Below are positions 61,853 through 64,000 of a DNA stretch of 64,000 nt, in pieces (position 1 is the stretch's first letter; the number at the start of each line of letters is the position of its first letter). Below the pieces are notes generated by a model, which saw only the letters and a program-made list of their open reading frames with translations, was not told the DNA's origin and made no database searches. Location: the NCBI RefSeq assembly GCF_035594765.1, contig NC_085843.1, positions 276,621,971 through 276,685,970 of the forward strand, read 5' to 3'. The stretch comes from Anolis carolinensis (taxonomy: Eukaryota). Position numbers and translations under genes: made by a program.

Positions 61853-63746
61853 CTAGTCCCCTTCTAGTCCTACCTTTCTGTGGTAGTGTTCTTTACAAAA
61901 ATCAAGACAAGAAAGTTTGGGAAAACAAGAGGCAGTAGAAACAACGGGAGGCTGGTGCTACACCCAGGTAGAAAGCCATGATCTGAACAAGGCATCTGAT
62001 GGCCTGAGCTCCTGCAGAATGCTCATTCATAACTTGCCATATCTTGAAGTCGATTTAGTGGTAGACTATCACCACAAATAGTCCTGGTGCATATCATTTT
62101 AAATATAGCACTGTGATGCTATAGGTGGTAACAACCTATGGAATACAAGGATTTGAGTTTGGGGAGGGACTATGGCTCACTAGTGAAGAACTCTAAATGC
62201 CCCACCATAAAGAGGAAGGCTCAGAATGGAATCATGACAGTTAAAGCTGCATTAAAAAGCCACAATTGTGTAGTGTGCAGGGCTGTTTGAAGGGAATAGG
62301 TCACCGTCCAGATGTTGTTGAATTCTAGTTCTCATCATCATCATCTAGCCTAGCAAATTGTCAGATTCTGTCAGATCTTGAAAGTTTTTAAGGCAAAGAC
62401 CGTAATACCCTAATGGCAGCAGATTCTGTTTGATCCTGGAAGCTAAACAGGATCAGCCCTCATTAGTACAGCACCTGAGACAAAGGTGATGTAGGCTTTA
62501 TTTCAGAGAAAGAAACTGGCAAAATCACCTCTGAGTTCATGGGGTCACATAACTCCATGGGCGACTTGAAAAAGCACACACACACATAAGCGTAAGTAAC
62601 ACTATTAGTAAGGGGGAATGGGCTTGGAAAGATAGCTGCAATTAATTGCTTTATTAAAAACTTTCCAAGCATTGTATCTTCTACCTTTATGTTGGACTTC
62701 AACACCCATAAATTTATAGAAGTAACCAATATATGAGGAAGGATGACTTCTTCCATAAGATTAACTCCAGCTCTTGTGCTGAACTCTTCTGTTCTCTGCA
62801 TTTTGGCTACAGACTTTTGATTCCCATGAAAGATACATGGAGTGCCATTCAGCAGAAGTGATGCAATAGATCATAGCTGCTGGGCATTTGTCTAGAATAT
62901 TCATCATGGCTCTCATTGAGGCTTGTTAACACCTATGAATTTTGGCCTATACTGTAATATATGCCGCTTCCATTGCAATTAATTTTACTTTGTTTCTCTT
63001 TGTCAGCCTCATTGATATGTGAAGACTAGATATGGCTCAGGAAGCCCTTGTCAAAGCAAGCCTGGATGAGTTTGTTACACTTGCAGGAACAAATGGGAGG
63101 AGAAACCCAGATTAATTGACTGCCACTTCGATTAATGTGGTAAATGGAAGAAGAAGGTAAAACGAGAGTAGTGTGTCTCTTGCTGTCCTTTTTTCTTGAT
63201 GTTTAGGATTTGAGCGGGCTGATTCAGAGCTTGAAATGTCATTTTGTTAGAGAACCGAGGCTTTGGGGAAATGACATTGACCCTTCCAGTAACAACCAAA
63301 AGATTCTAGAAAGCAGGGCCCTACTTTATAAGCTTGGAACATTAAGTGGATTCTTGGTTATTGCCTAACAGCAAAAGAGGAAACTGGTATCAGAGCAGAC
63401 AGAGGTATTATTGGGCTCAGTCCTGTGTGCTTTGGGGACCTAGAATACAGTAAGTTGTGAAGAAGTTGGGCTTCTATCCACCCAGATGGGTGCATCTATA
63501 CTATAGAATAAATGCAGTTTGACATCACTTTAACCACCATAACTCAATGGAATGGAATCATTGTGTTATTGAAACCCTGGGACCCCAAGGAGGACTTCAA
63601 AACATGGCCATGGAAAGGTCTCAATAGTCAAGCCCAAAGCAACCTTTCACCCAGGACTTAATTTGAGCCAATCCCCACAGATTACTCTTAGTTTCAAAAG
63701 CACTCAACAGGATGAAACATAGGAAAACCCAATCGTCCCTTCAGGC

Positions 63747-63802
<56 letters not shown>
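63747..63802. repeat. (AAT)n microsatellite at the tail of an L2-type SINE/LINE remnant
   Basis: Direct reading. Confidence 0.9.
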
Positions 63803-63804
<2 letters not shown>

Positions 63805-64000
63805 GCTATTTATAGCCAGCCGTCATCTCCCCAAAGGGACTCAGGCCGGCTTACAAAGGCACTCCAGGTGTGGCATATAATATCAAATGATACATGAGTA
63901 TAAAACAACATTATAAGGCTGAATTGGAAGGACTGAAGGGTGGGGGTTAATCTAATCACTTTGGAAGGTTATTCTAGAGCCGGGGAGCCACCACTGAGAA

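Overview
Vertebrate genomic DNA, almost certainly from a squamate reptile and probably an anole lizard, judging by the Sauria SINEs and the CR1/L2/RTE/Penelope, hAT, mariner and Helitron repeat mix. The window holds the type-3 cystatin (fetuin) cluster on the minus strand in the conserved order AHSG -> FETUB -> HRG. I reconstructed the exons by hand from splice signals and reading frame. AHSG/fetuin-A has 7 coding exons (44953-37756, 350 aa). FETUB/fetuin-B has 7 coding exons (30000-19690, 499 aa). The HRG-like gene has exons 1-4 in the window (11050-1333) and runs off the left edge. The main points of interest are: (1) fetuin-B carries an HRG-like His/Asp/Arg-rich domain built on a 24-nt tandem repeat, plus two extra cysteines that could clamp it; (2) the HRG-like gene keeps a CKDCP linker and appears to need a GC-AG intron; (3) a non-autonomous Helitron family carries a CCAAT/GC-box/RFX X-box promoter-like cassette; (4) Penelope repeats contain minimal hammerhead-ribozyme motifs; (5) there are several chimeric or nested transposons. 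Positions ~45.3-64 kb show no supportable protein-coding gene. There is an assembly gap at 34629-34762. Repeat family names come from recognised motifs, not database searches.
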